A DNA stretch of 64,000 nt from a virus, in the UHGV virus genome UHGV-0277313. One strand, written 5' to 3'. Position numbers and translations under genes: made by a program. The notes under the pieces were generated by a model. That model saw nothing but the letters and a program-made list of their open reading frames with translations. It was not told the origin of the DNA and did no database searches. This document shows, piece by piece, positions 60,026 to 64,000 of this stretch (its first letter is position 1; each line of letters opens with the position of its first letter).

Positions 60026-61097
60026 TTATTCAGCAGCAATTGCTGAAACTTCCGTATGTTTGAAAGCAATATTTTCTTTGAAGTATTTGCGTTCTTCAAA
60101 TTCTGATTTCTTTCCAACATTGAAGTTTTCGTATGGACGGAAATACTTAATCGACTATTACTTCAGATTTATCTGTTGTTTCGTTTAGTCTGTCAAGGTA
60201 GCTTCTAGCAATACCATAATTTCTTTGTAATAGGTATCGAGGTTTGCCGTCGTACATAAAGTTAATAAGTTTCAGGCATTCAGATTGATTAAAACGTAAT
60301 CTAAACAGTTTACCGTTTGTAACAATCTTTTTTGTTTCATTTATTACTTTATGTCTTACTAAAATACTTTTTACATTTTTTAGTACAGGCATGTAACCAA
60401 TAATTTCTGCAAACAGATGGTTGTTATGTAAACCGTCATAATAAAAAGAACCGTCGGCATCAAAAAGACCTCTGATAAAATCTTTTGAGATTTCATCTTG
60501 TAACAGGTCTATATGAATATCTCCACGGTCTTTTTTAAGTTTTGTTAATTCATAGCGTTTTAAAGCTTTATGCAACTTCCAGCTTCGAATTTCAAAACCA
60601 CATGATGGGTATTTATTTTTAGCAAGGAAACGTTTAATCGGTTTATCACTACCAATAAAATTTCTAAAATTGGTTAATAAATTTATATCCTTTTCAGCAC
60701 AACATATTCTGATTTTATTTTCTGTTGTACAGTTTCCTTCACCGTATAAATAACCAATCCAATATGCAGATTCATGATTTATACAATCAAACACTTGTTC
60801 ATTAAGTGTATATTTTCGTTTGTTCATTTTTACATCCTTTCGGATAAGTCTTCCGACTTGAGCTTTCCTCATCGTTACTTTAATGTTTAATTAAAGCTTT
60901 CGATTATTATTAGAAACAATTTTATTTGGGCTATTTCACTTATGCGCACCCATGACGCGGGTCCATACTTCTGTTAACTGATGTTTATTGCCATCTTTCA
61001 TAGTGACAATTTGTTCAGTTTCATCGTAGTCTTCAATTTCATTGAAATCTTTGACTCCCTTTAGGCGCAACAACGCCATCTTTTTTTCATTTAACAT
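60026..61097 (-). CDS. small glycyl-radical subunit completing NrdD (GrcA-like), split by a group I intron
   Basis: exon 1 (61097-60948, RBS GGAG) encodes MLNEKKMALLRLKGVKDFNEIEDYDETEQIVTMKDGNKHQLTEVWTRVMG; exon 2 (60145-60029, stop 60028-60026) encodes YFRPYENFNVGKKSEFEERKYFKENIAFKHTEVSAIAAE; the junction recreates RVMG-YF, the glycyl-radical signature, and the tail parallels E. coli NrdD ...RTCGYLGNPNERGFNLGKNKE...; unspliced exon 1 would read ...RVMGAHK*. Confidence 0.6.
60146..60947 (-). mobile_element. putative group I intron (802 nt) carrying a LAGLIDADG homing-endonuclease ORF
   Basis: 5' exon ends ...AUGGGU; intron begins GCGCAUAAGUGAAAUAGCCCA; GCCCA (60931-60927) pairs with exon UGGGU (P1, U.G at the splice site); adjacent AAUA (60935-60932) pairs with the first 3'-exon bases UAUU (P10); last intron nucleotide is G (60146); core P3-P9 not verified. 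Confidence 0.5.
60147..60872 (-). CDS. LAGLIDADG-family homing endonuclease (intron-encoded)
   Basis: two LAGLIDADG motifs (YWIGYLYGEGNC and IRGLFDADGSF); alternative start MNKRKY at 60827 with AAGGA RBS; its stop abuts the intron 3' end. Confidence 0.75.
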   Translation of the reverse strand: MRKAQVGRLIRKDVKMNKRKYTLNEQVFDCINHESAYWIGYLYGEGNCTTENKIRICCAEKDINLLTNFRNFIGSDKPIKRFLAKNKYPSCGFEIRSWKLHKALKRYELTKLKKDRGDIHIDLLQDEISKDFIRGLFDADGSFYYDGLHNNHLFAEIIGYMPVLKNVKSILVRHKVINETKKIVTNGKLFRLRFNQSECLKLINFMYDGKPRYLLQRNYGIARSYLDRLNETTDKSEVIVD

Positions 61098-61449
61098 TTT
61101 AATTCTCCATTAAGTTAAGTGGAAATAAAAATCCGAAATGGAGTTCCAGATTCTTATTTGTGTGTTTTCCTATTTACTGTGTGTAAAAGCACATTCTTTA
61201 AGAAACATACTGTTTCCTAAAGGTAGATTGAAGAACTAAAGCTTTTATCTATCATACTGATAATAGCTTTAAAAATTCTTCTTTATTTTCAATAAGTTAA
61301 GGTTGTTGACAAACATTTTTATTTAGTTTAAAACGTTGAAAAACAACAAACATTTCAAGAACAAAAAGTTAATTTTAGAAGAAATGTTCCTAACCTATTG
61401 AAATCGTTAAGTTGCAAAAGATGTTTTTGTCTAATGCAATTTAATTGTG

Positions 61450-61644
61450 TTAAAATGGCAATTCTGGCTCATCACTTGTATCAACAAACACCTGTTTCTT
61501 TATCAAGTTTGATTTACCTTTAAACTCAAGCTTATTTGATTTCAGAAAAGAAAACCAAATTGAATAAAATTCAGATTCTGTTAAATTATCAGGTAACTCG
61601 ATTGAACCTGATACAGTGAAAGATTTAATCGTCTTCGTACTCAA
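61450..61644 (-). CDS. small hypothetical protein (paralog of 61625-61828)
   Basis: 64 aa; shares VSGSIELP / ISGSIETP with the upstream small ORF. Confidence 0.35.
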   Translation of the reverse strand: MSTKTIKSFTVSGSIELPDNLTESEFYSIWFSFLKSNKLEFKGKSNLIKKQVFVDTSDEPELPF

Positions 61645-61828
61645 AATCTATCTCTTCTTCCATATCTTCTAGTTCACGATCTGTATCCTCTGTTGGTTCA
61701 ACGGTTCCTGCAAAAGTCCATCCGTTTTCTTCCATCAATTCAATAATAGCATCAATTACAGTATCAGCATCCTCTGTTCTTGGAGTTTCAATTGAACCGC
61801 TAATATCAAACCAAATACGTTTACTCAT
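61625..61828 (-). CDS. small acidic protein
   Basis: 67 aa, C-terminal acidic tail DMEEEIDFEYEDD; preceded by a near-consensus sigma70 promoter and AAAGGA RBS. Confidence 0.45.
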   Translation of the reverse strand: MSKRIWFDISGSIETPRTEDADTVIDAIIELMEENGWTFAGTVEPTEDTDRELEDMEEEIDFEYEDD

Positions 61829-61856
61829 TAATTAAATCCTTTTATTAAGTAAAATT

Positions 61857-61885
61857 ATGATAGCAAAAGACCGCATAAATGTCAA
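61857..61885 (-). promoter_or_regulatory. sigma70-type promoter (minus strand)
   Basis: on the minus strand: TTGACA (61885-61880), 17-nt spacer, TATCAT (61862-61857); about 25 nt upstream of the ATG at 61828. Confidence 0.55.
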
Positions 61886-61905
61886 GTAAAATAGAAAAAT
61901 TTTAT

Positions 61906-64000
61906 CTATTCTTCACGTTTACCATAAAAACCGTTGCCGACAAAATACTTGCTTTTGAAATCCATATTTGGGCAAGGATCTTCAAATTCAAGCTTCAGTG
62001 AAATAAGTTGTGTCGGGACTTCAATAGGTAACTCTTCACGTTCTTCTGGAGGGATAGGGTCACCTTCTTTCATCTCAAGTATTTTGTAGTCGTATGCTTC
62101 ATCAAGTTCACGTTTTAAATAATCCCAATTGCAGTTGCCTCCCTTGATATTTAAAATGAATTTACCATCCTTCTCTTCAAAAGATTTAATATCCATTTCA
62201 CGTCCCCATGATTGACCTAAACCAAAATCAATGAACATTTTGTTTCCGTTCATCCAATCATAAATAACATTTGGTACCGTACCTGCATGAAATTGACAAA
62301 TCTTAAAAACTGGAATTAATTCACCTGGGTATATGTCAAGATATGTTGAATCATGAACACCACCAATCATTACTGATTGTAAATCGTGCATCAACATCTC
62401 TTCTGCAATATGTGTACCTGCAATCCATGCCATACGGCTAGCGGATGAATTGTGTACAAAAACACCAGCTTCTAATGCGAAATTGTGTGTATTTTCATTG
62501 TTTTCAACTTCAATATCATATACTGAAATTTTGTTTGGTAGTTTAATTACTTCAACAGATGTAACTTTATGGTTGTTGAATAATTCTGCTACTAAACGTT
62601 CATAATTTTCTTTTGAAAAGTGCGGAACACTTGAAGCTCTAGCTCCTTCATTAATATAAGACAATCTGTATTCTTCAAAAATATTTTCGAAAGAAGAATC
62701 TAGTAATATATTTTTACCAAGTTTTTCAATAATTTTTAAAGAAAGTTTTTTGAACTTATAAAAAGTTGTATTCTTTCCACATTTTCTGATATTATTTTTC
62801 ATATGCTGTATCTTTTCTAGATCATTACCTTTCCAAATTTTATTTATTGTTTTTCTGGCAGATTCAGACAATTGTTCTTTAGACATACAGAATGCATTTC
62901 CATATGTTTCAATGCGTTTTTTTACCAAAGCTTTAACTGCTTCTCTTTGGTTAAAATCCCAATCTTTATAAAGTTCTTTTCTTTTTTTATTTTTTTCAGC
63001 CATTAATTTAGATTGTTTTTCAGAATGTTCTTGTGTTAAAAAATGTTTCCAAATATTGTTTTCACGTTTGCCTTCTCGTATTTCACGTACACGTTTTTGA
63101 GTGTCAATACTACGTTGTTTTGAAGTATATTTCAAACCCATTTGACGTAAATATTCGTGAACAGATACACCTGTCAGGTCAGCATGTCTTTTAATAGTAG
63201 ACATTACAAGAGATGAATGATATTTTATATGTTCTGCCTTATCCATAATAAGTAAATTATCAGGGTTGTTGTTTAATTTGTTGAAATCTTTGTGATGTAC
63301 TGCTTCATTTTTTTCAATAGTACGATCATAATATTTACTTACTATACGATGTACAGAGGCCCAAGGTTTTGTAGTTAAATCATTTCTTTTAACATATTTA
63401 TACCCTAACTTGTCATATTTTGTATAACAAGGCATTAAGCTTTCATTATTTTTTAAATCGATAGCATGTTTATATGTTCCATCCCTTAACATAAACTGGT
63501 GTTCAGGTGTGCATGTAATAATTTCGCCAGAATCTAATGTAACTTTACAAATTGTGTCAGTTTCTCCAGATTTAAAAGCGTTAATAATTTTGCCAGGTAT
63601 AATTTTACCATCATTACAACAAGATAAAACATACTTATTTTCAAAATTATTCACAAGGTTTTGAATTTCAACAACACTGCCATCTAATAAAGGTATTTTA
63701 GTATCACCAACAAAACATTGGATCCCACTATTCTGGCTTGCATTCATAGCATGATTCAACAACTTCCTGTTGCTTTTAGTGTCAGGCAACATTGCATCTG
63801 GTAACGGTCTAGTACAACCAAATACGTCAACAATATATCCATGCTCACGGGCGAACTTGTGTTGATATTCAACGTATGTTTTAATACCAGGGTATGCCCC
63901 CATCATTTTATCAATAGTTTCTTGAGCTTCTTCGACAGTGCATCCCCACTCTTTTGAAAAGTTGTAGGCTGATTTTCCATAGAGTAGACCAAACATTGTT
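61906..64000 (-). CDS. family A DNA polymerase, C-terminal piece (O-helix/motif B and motif C), intein-containing; 5' end beyond the window
   Basis: MFGLLYGKSAYNFSKEWG = Pol I motif B (NFGxxYG); then ...NASQNSGIQ [intein] SSASRMAWIAGTHIAEEM...GGVHDSTY (motif C, VHDE-like); the reading frame stays open to the window edge. Confidence 0.7.
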   Translation of the reverse strand, partial: TMFGLLYGKSAYNFSKEWGCTVEEAQETIDKMMGAYPGIKTYVEYQHKFAREHGYIVDVFGCTRPLPDAMLPDTKSNRKLLNHAMNASQNSGIQCFVGDTKIPLLDGSVVEIQNLVNNFENKYVLSCCNDGKIIPGKIINAFKSGETDTICKVTLDSGEIITCTPEHQFMLRDGTYKHAIDLKNNESLMPCYTKYDKLGYKYVKRNDLTTKPWASVHRIVSKYYDRTIEKNEAVHHKDFNKLNNNPDNLLIMDKAEHIKYHSSLVMSTIKRHADLTGVSVHEYLRQMGLKYTSKQRSIDTQKRVREIREGKRENNIWKHFLTQEHSEKQSKLMAEKNKKRKELYKDWDFNQREAVKALVKKRIETYGNAFCMSKEQLSESARKTINKIWKGNDLEKIQHMKNNIRKCGKNTTFYKFKKLSLKIIEKLGKNILLDSSFENIFEEYRLSYINEGARASSVPHFSKENYERLVAELFNNHKVTSVEVIKLPNKISVYDIEVENNENTHNFALEAGVFVHNSSASRMAWIAGTHIAEEMLMHDLQSVMIGGVHDSTYLDIYPGELIPVFKICQFHAGTVPNVIYDWMNGNKMFIDFGLGQSWGREMDIKSFEEKDGKFILNIKGGNCNWDYLKRELDEAYDYKILEMKEGDPIPPEEREELPIEVPTQLISLKLEFEDPCPNMDFKSKYFVGNGFYGKREE
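62449..63717 (-). mobile_element. intein (423 aa) with HNH homing-endonuclease domain inside the DNA polymerase
   Basis: starts CFVGDTKIPLLDG (block A, Cys1), TCTPEHQFML (block B TxxH), HNH domain AVHHKDFNKLNNNPDNLLIMDKAEHIKYH, ends ...VYDIEVENNENTHNFALEAGVFVHN followed by +1 Ser; precisely in-frame between conserved pol motifs. Confidence 0.7.

Noticed and set aside
60146-60947. Alternative reading: the LAGLIDADG gene simply disrupted the glycyl-radical gene (pseudogene) with no splicing.
   Set aside because: Not excluded, but less likely. The 5' splice site is a U pairing with G in a contiguous P10-P1 guide (AAUAGCCCA), the intron ends in G, and precise removal restores a perfect RVMGY motif in frame. 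A random insertion would not produce this.

Overview
This window is an AT-rich (about one-third GC by eye) segment of a large virulent tailed phage. I did not compute GC; the estimate is from reading the sequence.

Host and module layout:
- The host is probably Gram-negative. The evidence is an i-spanin followed by an o-spanin lipoprotein with a lipobox, an HU-like protein, and a GT8 LPS-type glycosyltransferase.
- Most genes are on the + strand, with a late/structural module at 0.1-35 kb and a DNA-metabolism module at 41-58 kb.
- The last ~4.5 kb (59.6-64 kb) is an inverted, minus-strand block.

Recognisable content:
- A phage-encoded GroES/GroEL pair.
- Baseplate proteins: gp25-like wedge, baseplate-J-like, a possible hub, and a gp5/gpV-like OB-fold spike.
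- Several very large tail-fibre proteins, followed by two paralogous glycine-rich adhesin-like proteins that resemble T2-type gp38.
- An orphan IS200/IS605-family TnpB with its own sigma70-like promoter, immediately followed by an NAD-dependent sugar epimerase and a GT8 glycosyltransferase.
- HU, dUTPase, an Mre11/Rad50-type SbcD/SbcC pair, a 5'-3' exonuclease (FEN), a VRR-NUC nuclease, two Pol-beta-type nucleotidyltransferases, the anaerobic ribonucleotide reductase NrdD/NrdG, and the spanins.

The most interesting observation is that two essential enzymes are encoded in pieces, with their C-terminal pieces in the minus-strand block.
- NrdD. The 664-aa catalytic core (52790-54784, +) ends exactly at the glycine that should begin the glycyl-radical loop. 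A canonical loop, ...TRVMG|YFRPYENFNVGKK..., is reconstituted only by splicing a small two-exon gene on the opposite strand (60026-61097). That gene is interrupted at the radical Gly codon by an ~800-nt putative group I intron carrying a LAGLIDADG homing endonuclease. The spliced product would be a ~89-aa GrcA-like glycyl-radical subunit supplied in trans.
- Family A DNA polymerase. The exonuclease-to-'TGRLSS' part is at 43489-45876 (+). The O-helix/motif C part runs off the window end on the minus strand (61906->64000) and contains a 423-aa HNH intein.

Other points worth a second look:
- Foreign, higher-GC insertions: tnpB and a P-loop gene.
- An FTR-like Cys-rich protein just upstream of nrdDG.
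- A 1223-aa N/K-rich coiled-coil protein encoded antisense inside the structural module.
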